Source of the DNA: an uncultured Methanosarcinales archaeon
Lineage (GTDB): Archaea > Nanobdellota > Nanobdellia > Woesearchaeales > CAYPCY01
Reading direction: 5' to 3'
DNA length: 64,000 bases
Assembly: GCA_964409385.1 (NCBI GenBank)
Contig: CAYPCY010000001.1
Coordinates: 106,546 to 170,545, forward strand
The notes under the pieces were generated by a model. That model was not told the DNA's origin and did not search any database. It saw nothing but the letters and a program-made list of their open reading frames with translations. Shown piece by piece: positions 29,911 through 40,884 of this stretch. Within the stretch, counting starts at the first letter, position 1. The number at the start of each line of letters is the position of its first letter. Made by a program: the position numbers and the translations under genes.

Positions 29911-32682
29911 CTATTCTAAAATTATTGCTGGCTTTCCAGGCATTGCATTACTTGCTTTTTCATTGGATGATTCACTTTCTATAGCTAATTCTATCCTTAA
30001 ATTTAATTTCTTACTTATTCCTACTGCTGACTCTTTAAACAAATTAAATTCTTCCTTTGATGTTGATACTTTCTCAGAAACTTTCCCTGTATTAAACATT
30101 TTAGGAAGTTTTTTGTTAATGAATTGGCCATATTTTCTAAAATTAGGCTTTTTCATTAAAGTAGGAACCAACTTTTTAAAATTTCCAATTTTATTCGCTT
30201 CTTTAAACAATGAATATTTCCATTCATCAGCAATAATAACAATTGCAACTTTTGGAGTTTTTATTCCTGACAACCCAATAACTTTTTGAATGTCTTTTTC
30301 TAACAAGTCTGAAGATTCTTTCAATGACTCTGAAATTTCATCAATATATTTCTTTTCTATTTTTGGCCAGTCTGAATTAACAATTAAATCCATTCCTAAC
30401 CTCTCGCCTAGTTCTTCTGAAAAGTGTGGGATGAACGGACTCATCATTACCACCCATCTGCTAAGTATATAATGTAAGACATGAGGATTTAATACAGTAT
30501 AATCTTTCAAGTCTTTCAAGAATTCAAAAAACAGTATTTGAATGCTTTTTCTTAGTAAGAACTTGTCCATTAATGAAGTTACTTCTTTAACTACTGAGTT
30601 TGTTCTTGAGAGTATCCATTTGTCTAATGATGTTAAGTCTTCTGGCTTTCCTTGTTTAGCCTTTCCAGCCAGTTCCAAAATTTCAGATAGTTTGTTCTTT
30701 AACGTCTTGGACATTTGAGCTACTGTTTCAGTATTCCAATCAAAATCCTGCCATGGTTCAACAAAATTCATTAAGAACAACCTAATCAGATCAGCTCCTA
30801 ATTCTTCACCAATATCAGTTACTATTATTACATGTCCTTTTGAAGCACTCATTTTTTTACCATTTAGATTTCCCATTCCAAGACCAATCTCTCCTTTTAT
30901 CCACTTGGATTCGGGGAATAATACTACATGATGGAATATTGTGAATGTCATATGATTAGGTACTAGTTCTACTGCTGAAATATTATAATCTAATGGGTAC
31001 CAGTAATCAAAACTCTTCTTTAATTCTTTTAATTTCTTAACAGGAATATTCTTTACTTTTTTAGATCCTTTTCCTGTAAAAACATACTCGAAAAAGTCAT
31101 AAGTCATATCTTTAACTTTCACATCTGCTAACAAATGCGATATTGTAAAGTAAGCCATATAAATTGTCGAGTCGGATAATGGTTCTATAATCCATTTTTT
31201 ATCCCAGGGCAATTTAGTTCCTAATCCTTTTTGTCTAGCACAAGGTTTATTCTCTAACCAACCAATTGTATGTTCAAAATTATTTCTTTGGTTTGAAGGT
31301 ATAATATTCATTTTTTTAAAGTGTTTTCTTACTTTTTGCTTCCATTTTTCATCAGAATATTTTAGGAACCACTGCCCTGCCAAAACAGCAACTATTACTT
31401 TACAACCACATCTGCAAACTACTTTTCCTTCTAGTTCATGAAGAACGTCTGCTCTTCCTTGTTTTATTAAAAAATTTTTCACTAGGTCTTTCGCTTCAGA
31501 AACTTTCTTCCCCTTGAATTTTCCAGTAATCATCACTCCCTTGTAAAATCCTGCCTTGTATACTTCTTTAGTTGCCTCTTCTAACTTAGTATCATCTTGA
31601 GATTTTATTTTTAGTTTTTCACAAATTTCTTTTGCAGGAAACTTTCCAAATCCTGGAGTTTTTATTATGCTTACAAGTTTTATTTTTCCATATTTATCCC
31701 CTAAATCTTTCAATGCCATGTAATCCTTAGGCGCGTCTGAAGGTACTGAAGTTACTATTCCTGATCCTATGTTTGGATCACAAAATTTGGAAGGCAATAT
31801 TATTATTTCTTTATTTATTCCTGGCGCGAGTGCATATTTTCCTAGTAATTCTTTTCCTTTCAACACACCTATTTTCTTTACAATTTTTCCTTGTTGCTTT
31901 AACTTTTCCATGCATTCTTTTGAAGCCAACCAAGTTTCTTTTCCAACCTTAAATTTATAATAAGAAATGTTCGCATCCACCCACAAATTAGTTTGTCCAT
32001 AAACTGTTTCAGGTCTTAAAGTGGCTGCTATAATATTATAATCTTCAATTTTGAATTTTAACAATGTAAATTCTTGAATTCCGACACCTTCTCCATCTTT
32101 AAGATCATGATCTCCTACTGCTTGTTTATCATCAGGACAGAATCTTACTGGATAATTTCCTTTAATAACCAATCCTTGTTTTTTCAGTTTGAGATATTGC
32201 CATTCTATAAACTTGTTATATTTAGGATCCATTGTAGTATATTGTCTTCTCCAGTCAAAGCCAAGTCCTAACGCGTTCATTCCATTAACATAACCAGTCT
32301 CGCATTTGTTCACAAAATAATTAACGAATGATTTTGATTCTTCTAATTGTTTAAGTTCAGAATTTTTAACTTTACAAACTTCTTTTAATACTTTCAAAGT
32401 TTGAGGGTCTTTCTTCTTCACAAGTTCGGTCTGGGCTAGTACTGGCGTTCCAGTAACATGCCAAGCCATTGGAAGTAATGAATTAAATCCTTTCAATCTT
32501 TTGTATCTAGTAATAACGTCTGGAAATGTGTATGTTCTTGCATGGCCAAGGTGCATCGCACCACTAGGATATGGGTAAGGAACTACATTAAAGAATTTTT
32601 TATTATTATTTGGTTCTGAATCATAAATTTTCTTTTCAGACCATTTCTTCTTCCACTTCTTCTGAATCTTTATTAAATCCAT
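29911..32682 (-). CDS. leuS: leucyl-tRNA synthetase, archaeal type
   Basis: PYPSGAMHLGHARTY (HIGH-class motif), AWHVTGTP, KMSASKG (KMSKS), and a length of 923 aa. Confidence 0.9.
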   Translation of the reverse strand: MDLIKIQKKWKKKWSEKKIYDSEPNNNKKFFNVVPYPYPSGAMHLGHARTYTFPDVITRYKRLKGFNSLLPMAWHVTGTPVLAQTELVKKKDPQTLKVLKEVCKVKNSELKQLEESKSFVNYFVNKCETGYVNGMNALGLGFDWRRQYTTMDPKYNKFIEWQYLKLKKQGLVIKGNYPVRFCPDDKQAVGDHDLKDGEGVGIQEFTLLKFKIEDYNIIAATLRPETVYGQTNLWVDANISYYKFKVGKETWLASKECMEKLKQQGKIVKKIGVLKGKELLGKYALAPGINKEIIILPSKFCDPNIGSGIVTSVPSDAPKDYMALKDLGDKYGKIKLVSIIKTPGFGKFPAKEICEKLKIKSQDDTKLEEATKEVYKAGFYKGVMITGKFKGKKVSEAKDLVKNFLIKQGRADVLHELEGKVVCRCGCKVIVAVLAGQWFLKYSDEKWKQKVRKHFKKMNIIPSNQRNNFEHTIGWLENKPCARQKGLGTKLPWDKKWIIEPLSDSTIYMAYFTISHLLADVKVKDMTYDFFEYVFTGKGSKKVKNIPVKKLKELKKSFDYWYPLDYNISAVELVPNHMTFTIFHHVVLFPESKWIKGEIGLGMGNLNGKKMSASKGHVIIVTDIGEELGADLIRLFLMNFVEPWQDFDWNTETVAQMSKTLKNKLSEILELAGKAKQGKPEDLTSLDKWILSRTNSVVKEVTSLMDKFLLRKSIQILFFEFLKDLKDYTVLNPHVLHYILSRWVVMMSPFIPHFSEELGERLGMDLIVNSDWPKIEKKYIDEISESLKESSDLLEKDIQKVIGLSGIKTPKVAIVIIADEWKYSLFKEANKIGNFKKLVPTLMKKPNFRKYGQFINKKLPKMFNTGKVSEKVSTSKEEFNLFKESAVGISKKLNLRIELAIESESSNEKASNAMPGKPAIILE

Positions 32683-32755
32683 AATATCTGCAATACAATT
32701 AAAATTTATAAATTTTTACAAAAAACTTTTAAACAAAAAACCTTCCTTTCTTGCC

Positions 32756-34273
32756 ATGGGACTTGAGAAGACTGCAGATTCTTTAACAAATGATGAAAGA
32801 ACTGTAATTTTTAAGCTTGAAAAAGTTGGTTCATTAAGTGAATTATCTAAGGGCATGAATAATACTAAAGCCCAAAGAGTTATTATGTGGTTATTAAGTA
32901 AGAATATAGTAAAAACTAATAATATAGAAACTGAACTAATTATTTTAGGGAAGAATGCTAAAAAATATAAGAAGAAGGGATTGCCAGAAAAAGTTTTTCT
33001 TAAATCAATAAGATCATCTTCAAAAAAAATTGGTGATATTCCTTTGGACAAGCAAGAAATTAATGCTTGTATTGGCCTTTTGAAAAATAATTTAGCAATT
33101 AATATTAAGAAGGATAAAGAACTAATTTTCAGTATTACCAATATTGGCAAGGAATTATTAAAGAAGAAAACTCCTGAAGAATTATTTCTTGAGAAAAAAT
33201 TTCCTTTAGAAATTAAAAAACTTAAAGGTTTAGATCTTAAAGTCTATAATGATTTTTCTAAAAGGAAAGACTTTATTGAAACTATTATATCAAAAGATAA
33301 AACCATTCTATTAACACAATTTGGAAAGAAAGTTTCTGATTATGTTAAGAAAACGCCTGCATTAACTGAAAAATTAACTCCTGAACTTTTAATTAATGGA
33401 GAGTGGAAGAATAAGAAATTTAGAAGATTTGATGTTTCATGTTCTTTACCTAATAAACAATTTGGCAGAAAACATTTTGTTAATGACGTTATTAAGTATG
33501 TTAAGAAGATTTGGTTAGAGCTTGGTTTTGAAGAGATGAAAGGAGATAATATTCAGTCTGCATTTTGGGATATGGATGCTTTATTCGTTCCTCAAAATCA
33601 TCCTGCTCGTGAAATGCAAGATACTTTTTATGTTAATGGTTCTAAAAAGATTAATGATAAATTATTGAATACTATTAAGGAAGTTCATGAGACTGGCGGT
33701 AATACTGGGAGTGTTGGTTGGAAGTACAAATTCTCTAAGAAAGAATCTGAAAAATTATTGTTAAGAACTCATACTACTGTATTGAGTGCTTTGGCAATTT
33801 CTAAATTGAAAAAGAGTGACTTGCCTAAAAAATTCTTTTCTGTCGGCAAGGTTTACAGGAATGAAAATTTAGATGCACATCATCTGTTCGAGTTTCATCA
33901 GATTGAGGGTATTGTTGTTGATCCTAATGCTAACTTGCAGCATTTGAAGGGTTACTTGAGAGAATTTTATACTAAAATGGGATTTACTGATGTTAGGATG
34001 CGACCTGCTCATTTTCCTTATACTGAGCCTAGTTTGGAAGTGGATGTTTTTCATCCTGTTAAGAAGAAATGGATTGAATTGGGTGGTGCAGGTATTTTCA
34101 GGCCTGAAGTTGTAAAGCCACTCTTAGGTTTTGACTGTCCAGTTCTTGCCTGGGGTCAGGGTCTTGAAAGGATTGCTGTTGATTACTGGAAATTAAAAGA
34201 CCTTAGGGATTTATACAATAATGATTTGAAACATATTAAGGAGTTGAAGAAATTCGTAAAATGCCAACAATAA
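32756..34273 (+). CDS. pheS: phenylalanyl-tRNA synthetase alpha subunit, archaeal type
   Basis: N-terminal HTH repeats. Class II core shows FRPEVVKPLLG...AWGQGLERIAV and motif 3. Confidence 0.9.
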   Translation: MGLEKTADSLTNDERTVIFKLEKVGSLSELSKGMNNTKAQRVIMWLLSKNIVKTNNIETELIILGKNAKKYKKKGLPEKVFLKSIRSSSKKIGDIPLDKQEINACIGLLKNNLAINIKKDKELIFSITNIGKELLKKKTPEELFLEKKFPLEIKKLKGLDLKVYNDFSKRKDFIETIISKDKTILLTQFGKKVSDYVKKTPALTEKLTPELLINGEWKNKKFRRFDVSCSLPNKQFGRKHFVNDVIKYVKKIWLELGFEEMKGDNIQSAFWDMDALFVPQNHPAREMQDTFYVNGSKKINDKLLNTIKEVHETGGNTGSVGWKYKFSKKESEKLLLRTHTTVLSALAISKLKKSDLPKKFFSVGKVYRNENLDAHHLFEFHQIEGIVVDPNANLQHLKGYLREFYTKMGFTDVRMRPAHFPYTEPSLEVDVFHPVKKKWIELGGAGIFRPEVVKPLLGFDCPVLAWGQGLERIAVDYWKLKDLRDLYNNDLKHIKELKKFVKCQQ

Positions 34274-35877
34274 ACTTCAACAAACAAGAAATCCTAAAAC
34301 TTGCTGAGGTTAAACTTACTGACAAGGAACTTAAAGATAGAATTCCTATGCTAGGAACTGACTTGGAAGAAGTTAATGATAAGGAAATTATTGTTGAGAT
34401 TTTTCCTAACCGTCCTGATTTACTTTCTGCACAGGGTTTTTCCAGAGCATTATCTAGTTTTATTGGTAGAAAGACTGGATTAATTAATTATTCTTGTAAG
34501 AAGGGAAGTTTGAAAGTTTTTGTTGATAAGGGAATGAGTAATGTAAGGCCTTATACTGTATGTGCAATTGTTAAAAACTTAAAATTAGATGATGAGAAGA
34601 TTAAGGATATTATTCAAATTCAAGAAAAATTACATGTTACTTTCGCAAGGAATAGGAAGAAAGCTGCTATTGGTGTTTATCCTTTAGAACATATTAAATT
34701 TCCTGTTTATTTTAAGGGTTTAGATCCTAAGACTAAATTTCAGCCTTTAGAGTCTAGAACTAAAATGACTGGAGAGCAAATAGTAAAACAACACTCTAGT
34801 GGTAAAGAGTACGGTCACTTATTAGCTGGTTTGAAGAAGTTTCCTTTTTTTATAGATTCTAATAATGAAATTTTGAGCTTGCCTCCATTAATTAATTCTA
34901 ATAAGACTGGTAAAATTACTGATAATACTAAGGATGTTTTTATTGAAGTTTCCGGTTGGGATTTGAATACTCAAGAGTCTTGTTTGAACATGTTAGTTAC
35001 TTCTCTTGCTGATATGGGCGGAGTGGTTTATTCTGTTGACGTTGTTTATCCTGATAAGAAATTAACAACTCCTAATTTAGTTCCTGGAAGGATGAGGTTG
35101 GATTTGAAATATATTAATAATCTTTTAGGTTTGAAACTTACTGAAAAGCAAGCTTCTAACTTGTTGGGAAGGATGGGTTTTGGTTTTGACAAGCAAGTTT
35201 TAATTCCTTGTTACAGGACTGATATTTTGCACCAGGCTGATTTGGCCGAGGATATAGCTATAGCTTATGGCTATGAGAATATTAAGGAAGTAATTCCTGG
35301 AGTTGCAACTATTGGAAAGGAAAGTTCGCTTGATTTATTCATTGATAGTTTGAGGGAGGTTCTTGTTGGTATGGGTTTTATTGAAGTTAAGAATTTTGAT
35401 TTGACTTCTGAAGAGAAACAAACTTCTATGCTTAATAAGAAAATTAAATTAGTTAGTATTGAGAATAGTATTAGTCAAGAATTTAATGTTTTAAGAGCTT
35501 CACTTCTTGGTTCTTTAATGAATACTTTAAGAAATAATAGGAATAGGGAGTATCCTCAAGAGATTTTTGAGACTGGGACTGTTTATGATACTGGTGAAAC
35601 TGAAAATTTCGCTTGTGTTATTGCTTCTAAAGATGCTGATTTTACTAATTCTAGAGTAATAGTGGATTCTTTAATTAGTGCTTTAGGTATTAAGCCATCT
35701 TATGATGAAGTTGAAGATTCTAGTTTTATTTCTGGAAGGTGTGCTTCAATAAAAGTTAAGGGCAAGATTATTGGTAGGGTTGGAGAAGTACATCCTAGCG
35801 TATTAACTAATTGGGATTTAGAAGTTCCAATTTCTAGTTTTGAATTAGATGTTAAGAAATTAATTACTCTTTTCTAA
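34261..35877 (+). CDS. pheT: phenylalanyl-tRNA synthetase beta subunit, archaeal type
   Basis: 538-aa ORF overlapping pheS by 13 nt, with B3/B4 and B5-like regions. Its position immediately after pheS supports the call. Confidence 0.85.
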   Translation: MPTINFNKQEILKLAEVKLTDKELKDRIPMLGTDLEEVNDKEIIVEIFPNRPDLLSAQGFSRALSSFIGRKTGLINYSCKKGSLKVFVDKGMSNVRPYTVCAIVKNLKLDDEKIKDIIQIQEKLHVTFARNRKKAAIGVYPLEHIKFPVYFKGLDPKTKFQPLESRTKMTGEQIVKQHSSGKEYGHLLAGLKKFPFFIDSNNEILSLPPLINSNKTGKITDNTKDVFIEVSGWDLNTQESCLNMLVTSLADMGGVVYSVDVVYPDKKLTTPNLVPGRMRLDLKYINNLLGLKLTEKQASNLLGRMGFGFDKQVLIPCYRTDILHQADLAEDIAIAYGYENIKEVIPGVATIGKESSLDLFIDSLREVLVGMGFIEVKNFDLTSEEKQTSMLNKKIKLVSIENSISQEFNVLRASLLGSLMNTLRNNRNREYPQEIFETGTVYDTGETENFACVIASKDADFTNSRVIVDSLISALGIKPSYDEVEDSSFISGRCASIKVKGKIIGRVGEVHPSVLTNWDLEVPISSFELDVKKLITLF

Positions 35878-37143
35878 TTTTTTCTTTCCGAACATGTATG
35901 GTTGTAAGACTTTAGGTATTGTTACACTACCATCCTTGTTTTGATTATTTTCTAGTATTGCCACCATTACTCTTGAAGTGGCAATTGCAGTATTGTTTAG
36001 TGTGTGTAATACTTCTCTCTGACCATTTTTTCTTACTAGTTTAATATTTGCTTTTCTTGCTTGGTAGTCGGTACAGTTTGATAGTGAGGTTACTTCTCCA
36101 TAATTTTTGGTTGTTGGCCTGTAAACTTCTATATCTGAACTTTTACTTTTCCAGTCTTGCAAGTCTCCAGAGCATATTTCTAATATTCTTATTGGTAATT
36201 TTAGGCTTTTGAATAATTCAATAGTGTTTTTTTGTAGTTCATCATACATTTTATGGCTTTCTTCAGGCTTGCAGAATATGAATTGTTCTACTTTGTTGAA
36301 TTGGTGTGTTCTCCATAGTCCTTTCTCGTTAATTCCGTGGCTTCCTATTTCTTTTCTAAAGCACATACTGTAAGAATAATATTTTGTGGGTAGTTTGTTC
36401 TCGTGAATTTCATGGTCTAAATGCATTGCTAGTAGTGAATGTTCACTAGTTCCTATTAACGATAATTCTTCATTTTTAACTTCGTATATTGTTTGTTCGA
36501 ATTCTTGAGTGTCTAATGCTGTTGATAATACTTCTTTTCTTAACATTAGTGGTGGTTCTATATAATTATATTTTTTCTTTTGCATAAAGTCTATTGAATA
36601 TCTTATTAATGCCTGATTTAGTAGTGCAAGATCTCCTTTTAGAAAGTAGAATCCGTTTCCTGAAGTTTTTGCACTTGCTTCAAAATCTGCCAGTCCTAGT
36701 TCTTCTATTATTTCTACATGATTTTTTATTTTGAAAGTTGGCTTTTTTGGTTTTCCTATTATTTTAATAACATTATTTTTTGAGTCGTCACGTCCTTTTG
36801 TAACTTTAGAATGTATGATGTTGGGCATTTGTAGTATTGCCTTGTCTGCTTTATTTTTGACTCTTTTTAGTTTTGTTTCTATCTTTTCTAGTTCTTTTGG
36901 TATTTCTTTTGCTTTCTTTAGTATTGGCTTAATGTTTTTTCCTTCTTTTTTTGCTTTTGAAATTTCTAGGCTTATCTTGTTCCTTTCACTTCTTTTATTA
37001 TCTGCTTTTAACTTTAGTTTTCTCCATTCGTTATCGTCTTTTATTAATTGTTGTAATACTGGAATTTTATCTTCTTGAAACTTGTTTTTTAAGTTTTTCT
37101 CTATTAATTTTGGATTTTCTCTTACTAGATTAATGTCTAACAT
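35860..37143 (-). CDS. serS: seryl-tRNA synthetase
   Basis: N-terminal coiled-coil arm followed by a class II core (YSMCFRKEIGSHG, GTSEHSL...). Confidence 0.85.
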   Translation of the reverse strand: MLDINLVRENPKLIEKNLKNKFQEDKIPVLQQLIKDDNEWRKLKLKADNKRSERNKISLEISKAKKEGKNIKPILKKAKEIPKELEKIETKLKRVKNKADKAILQMPNIIHSKVTKGRDDSKNNVIKIIGKPKKPTFKIKNHVEIIEELGLADFEASAKTSGNGFYFLKGDLALLNQALIRYSIDFMQKKKYNYIEPPLMLRKEVLSTALDTQEFEQTIYEVKNEELSLIGTSEHSLLAMHLDHEIHENKLPTKYYSYSMCFRKEIGSHGINEKGLWRTHQFNKVEQFIFCKPEESHKMYDELQKNTIELFKSLKLPIRILEICSGDLQDWKSKSSDIEVYRPTTKNYGEVTSLSNCTDYQARKANIKLVRKNGQREVLHTLNNTAIATSRVMVAILENNQNKDGSVTIPKVLQPYMFGKKKLEKSN

Positions 37144-37179
37144 AGTAGTTTGAATAATTTATTTAGAATATATATTTTT

Positions 37180-38628
37180 CTATCCTTTAATATTACCAAG
37201 TGGTTTTAAGGATGCTACCTTATTAGAAATTCCTGCCTTGTGAATTGCATCTATTACTGTGTCTATATCTTTGTATGCCGCTCCTGCTTCTTCTGCTAAG
37301 CCTTTCATTGATACTGCCTTTACATAAATTCCTTTCTTCAACATTTGTTTTTCTAACTCTTCGCCCGTAAATTGTTTTTTTGCTTGTGTTCTTGACATTA
37401 CCCTTCCACTACCGTGTGCTGTACTTCCAAAGGTTAATTCCATTGCTTTTTTAGTTCCTGTTAGTAAGTATGATCCTGTCTCCATGCTTCCTCCTAGTAT
37501 TACTGGCTGTCCTATCTTTTTGAATTTGGGGTTTAAGTCTTCACTTCCCGGACCGAAACTCCTGGTTGCTCCCTTCCTGTGTACTATTAATTCTTTTATT
37601 TTACCATTTACCTTGTGTTTTTCTAATTTTGCAATATTATGTGCTACATCATAGACTAGCTTCATTTCTTCGAATGGAACATTCATTATTTTATTGAATG
37701 CTTCCCTAACCCTGTGCGTTATTACTTGCCTGTTTGCAAAGGCCATGTTTGCAGCGCATGCCATTGCTTTGTAATAGTCTTGTCCTTCCTTGCTTTTGAA
37801 TGGTACTGCTGCTAATTGTCTATCATTAACTTTTATTCCATAACTATCTAGTTTTTCTTCGAACACTTTCAGATAGTCTGATGCTATTTGATGTCCGAAT
37901 CCTCTACTTCCACAATGTATCATTATTACTACTTGGTCTTTGAATATTCCCATTACTTTTGCTTTTTCTTCATCGAATATTTCTGAAACAAATTGTATTT
38001 CTAAATAGTGGTTTCCACTTCCTAAAGTTCCTAATTGTATTCTTCCTCTTTTTCTTGCCCTGTCTGAAACTTTTGTAGGGTCTGCAAATTTTATTCTTCC
38101 ATTCTCTTCTGCAGAGTCTAGATCATCTTTTATTCCATATCCATTATCTACAGCCCATTTTAGGCCGTCAATCATTACTTTTTCAAACTCTTCATCTTCT
38201 AATTTTAAGAATCCTTTATTTCCCACTCCTGCTGGGACTGTTTTGAATAAATAATCAACTAGTCTTTTCAATTCTAATTTTATTTCTTCTTTTTTTAGGG
38301 GTGTTGTTATTAGTCTCATTCCACAATTTATATCAAAGCCAATCCCTCCTGGACTTATTACTCCTGTTTCTTTGTCAAAAGCTGCAACTCCTCCTATTGG
38401 AAATCCGTATCCCCAGTGTCCGTCTGGCATGCAATATGCTTGTTTTTGTATTCCGGGTAGTGCTGCTACATTTATGATTTGTTCAAAAACTCCATCATCC
38501 ATATTTTCTAGGATTGTTTCTGAAGCTATTATTCTTGCCGTTACTTGCATTGTGTCTTTATAACTAGTTGGTATTTCCCATACTAGATTATCTACTTTCT
38601 TTAGATATTTCTTATCCATAATCTTCAA
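37180..38628 (-). CDS. rtcB: RtcB RNA-splicing ligase
   Basis: 482 aa with the family's metal-binding pattern: FDINCGMRLI, HCGSRGFGHQ, GSTAHGSGR. Confidence 0.9.
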   Translation of the reverse strand: MKIMDKKYLKKVDNLVWEIPTSYKDTMQVTARIIASETILENMDDGVFEQIINVAALPGIQKQAYCMPDGHWGYGFPIGGVAAFDKETGVISPGGIGFDINCGMRLITTPLKKEEIKLELKRLVDYLFKTVPAGVGNKGFLKLEDEEFEKVMIDGLKWAVDNGYGIKDDLDSAEENGRIKFADPTKVSDRARKRGRIQLGTLGSGNHYLEIQFVSEIFDEEKAKVMGIFKDQVVIMIHCGSRGFGHQIASDYLKVFEEKLDSYGIKVNDRQLAAVPFKSKEGQDYYKAMACAANMAFANRQVITHRVREAFNKIMNVPFEEMKLVYDVAHNIAKLEKHKVNGKIKELIVHRKGATRSFGPGSEDLNPKFKKIGQPVILGGSMETGSYLLTGTKKAMELTFGSTAHGSGRVMSRTQAKKQFTGEELEKQMLKKGIYVKAVSMKGLAEEAGAAYKDIDTVIDAIHKAGISNKVASLKPLGNIKG

Positions 38629-38686
38629 AGGTATGTTAATATGTATAAAAGTGTTTCCTTGTATTAGTTCTTAAGAAAGATTCTAG

Positions 38687-39100
38687 TCATATATCAAATA
38701 TTATTCTTGCTTTCCAGTTTTTTTCTTTTTGTTCTATTTTAAATTGATGGTATGTTATTGCTTTAATATCGTCTAGTACTACATGTTTGGTTTGGTTTAG
38801 TTCTTCTCCTTTTGCTTTACAAATTAGTTTATTATTTTTTATTTTGCAATTGAAACTTTTGAAAATAGTTAGTTCTGTGTCTTTTATGAATACTAGTTCT
38901 TCTAAGAATTTGAATAATAATTTTTCTGTATTTTCTGCTTTTAGTATTATTTCTTTCTCTATTTTTTCTTCTACCTTATCTAATTCTGCAGTGCATTCTG
39001 AGAATGATACTCCTGCTTCTTCAAATAATTCATTTAAAGTGTTTGCTTCTATATCTACTGCTATGTCTGCAGTTGCTATTTCTTCTAAGTATGTTCTCAT
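38687..39100 (-). CDS. archease (RtcB activator)
   Basis: 137 aa. N-terminus MRTYLEEIATADIAVDIEA and C-terminus KAITYHQF...ARIIFDI match the archease family pattern. It lies adjacent to rtcB. Confidence 0.8.
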   Translation of the reverse strand: MRTYLEEIATADIAVDIEANTLNELFEEAGVSFSECTAELDKVEEKIEKEIILKAENTEKLLFKFLEELVFIKDTELTIFKSFNCKIKNNKLICKAKGEELNQTKHVVLDDIKAITYHQFKIEQKEKNWKARIIFDI

Positions 39101-39179
39101 AACAGGTTAGATTAAAAGATTCTTTTAAAAAATTAATTAATTATAAATATTTATAAATTCTGTATATTGTTCTTTTATT

Positions 39180-39851
39180 ATGAATAAAGTTTTAATCATA
39201 CTTCCTGCTTTTAATGAAGGTAAGGTTATTGGAAAAGTTATAACATCCGTTAGAAAGGAGGGTTTTAAGAACATTTTAGTAGTTGATGATTCGTCTAAAG
39301 ATAATACTTCTGAAACTGCTGAAAAGGCAGGGGCGATTGTGTTAAGACATTCTATTAATAGGGGTGCGGGTGCTACTACTCTTACTGGATTAACTTATGC
39401 AAGACTGAAAAATTATGATTTTGCCGTGACTATGGATTCTGACGGCCAGCATAATCCTAAAGAGATTAAGAAATTATTGAATAAATCTAGGAAGTATGAT
39501 GTTGTTATTGGTTCTAGAATGATTAACTCTGAGGGTATGCCTTTACATAGAAGAATTGCTAATAATATTGGTAGTTTACTAACTTGGTTTTTTTTCGGAT
39601 TGTTCGTTAAGGATTCTCAGAGTGGCTTTAAAATTTTCAATAAGAAAGCTTTAGATAAGATCACCATTACTTTTGACAGGTATGAATTCTGTTCAGAAGT
39701 TATTGGTGAAATTCACAAGCATAAACTTTCTTTTGTTGAAGTTCCTATTCATGTTATTTACACTAGTCATTCTCAATCTAAGGGCCAGAGTATTAAGAAT
39801 GGTTTCATTATGATTTTGAGGTTTATTTATAGGAAACTGTTGAAATCTTAA
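39180..39851 (+). CDS. GT2 glycosyltransferase (dolichol-phosphate sugar transferase-like)
   Basis: ILPAFNEGKVIGKVI..., VVDDSSKDNT, DSDGQH (the DxD-like motif of the GT-A fold). Confidence 0.75.
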   Translation: MNKVLIILPAFNEGKVIGKVITSVRKEGFKNILVVDDSSKDNTSETAEKAGAIVLRHSINRGAGATTLTGLTYARLKNYDFAVTMDSDGQHNPKEIKKLLNKSRKYDVVIGSRMINSEGMPLHRRIANNIGSLLTWFFFGLFVKDSQSGFKIFNKKALDKITITFDRYEFCSEVIGEIHKHKLSFVEVPIHVIYTSHSQSKGQSIKNGFIMILRFIYRKLLKS

Positions 39852-39916
39852 AAAAACACGATTTCAAAGTTTCCCCAACAGTAAACTATTAAAATCTTGA
39901 TTATTTCTAGAATAAA

Positions 39917-40837
39917 ATGAAGAAATTAGTTGTTTGTGGGGCTGCTGGCTTTGTAGGTCAGAATTTAGTTCCTTTACTTAAGAAAAAGTATGATATTGTT
40001 GCTATTGACAAGCATTTTCATAATCTTAACTTGTTAAAAACTTTAAATCCTGAGATTGAAACTGTATATTCTGACTTGGCTGAACTTACTAAGTGGACGG
40101 ATACTTTCAAAGGTGCTGATTGTATTATTCAATTAAATGCTGAGATTGCTTCTCATGATAAGGATCCTTTCATTAGGAATAATATTATTTCTACTAAGAA
40201 TGTTGTTGATATTATGAAGAAGTATAAGATTCCTTACCTTGTTCATGTCAGTAGTGCTGCTGTTAATTCTATAAGGAGGGATTACTATTCTGAAACTAAA
40301 GAGGAGGGTGAAGGTCTTGTTAGAAAGTCAGGGATTAAACATTCTATATTAAGACCTTCTATGATGTATGGTTGTTTTGATAATAAGAATGTTGGTTGGC
40401 TAATGAGTTTTATGAGGAAGAGTCCTTTATTTCCTATTCCTGGAACTGGCAATTATCCTAGACAGCCAGTTTTTGTGACTGACTTTTGTAATATTATCGA
40501 GAAGCTTGTTGAGAATAGGCCTAATGGTAAAGACTATAATATTAATGGTGATAAGATTGATTTTATTGACATGGTTAGGGTTATTATTAAGGCTAAAAAG
40601 ATTTTCAGGCCTGTCGTTAAGCTTCCTTTAAGAATGTTTATTTTCTTAATGCAATCTTATAATTTTATTCTTAGAAAGGTCGAGTTTACTCCTGATCAGG
40701 TTAGGTCTTTAACTTCTGGTGAAGTTTTTGAAATGTTTCCTTGGTGGTCAGAATTTGATATTGAAAAAACCTCTTTTAAGGATGGAATTCATAAAATGTT
40801 AAATTCTAAATTTTCTAAGATTGTTTTGGAAAGATAA
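39917..40837 (+). CDS. NAD-dependent epimerase/dehydratase family protein
   Basis: N-terminal Rossmann GAAGFVGQNL and a downstream YxxxK region; length 306 aa. Confidence 0.7.
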   Translation: MKKLVVCGAAGFVGQNLVPLLKKKYDIVAIDKHFHNLNLLKTLNPEIETVYSDLAELTKWTDTFKGADCIIQLNAEIASHDKDPFIRNNIISTKNVVDIMKKYKIPYLVHVSSAAVNSIRRDYYSETKEEGEGLVRKSGIKHSILRPSMMYGCFDNKNVGWLMSFMRKSPLFPIPGTGNYPRQPVFVTDFCNIIEKLVENRPNGKDYNINGDKIDFIDMVRVIIKAKKIFRPVVKLPLRMFIFLMQSYNFILRKVEFTPDQVRSLTSGEVFEMFPWWSEFDIEKTSFKDGIHKMLNSKFSKIVLER

Positions 40838-40884
40838 AAACTGTGTGAAACACATATTAAATTAACTTAATGAATAATATTGTA

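Noticed and set aside
32716-33150. 144-aa minus-strand ORF overlapping the start of pheS
   Set aside because: Entirely antisense to the well-supported pheS N-terminus; hydrophobic low-complexity translation.
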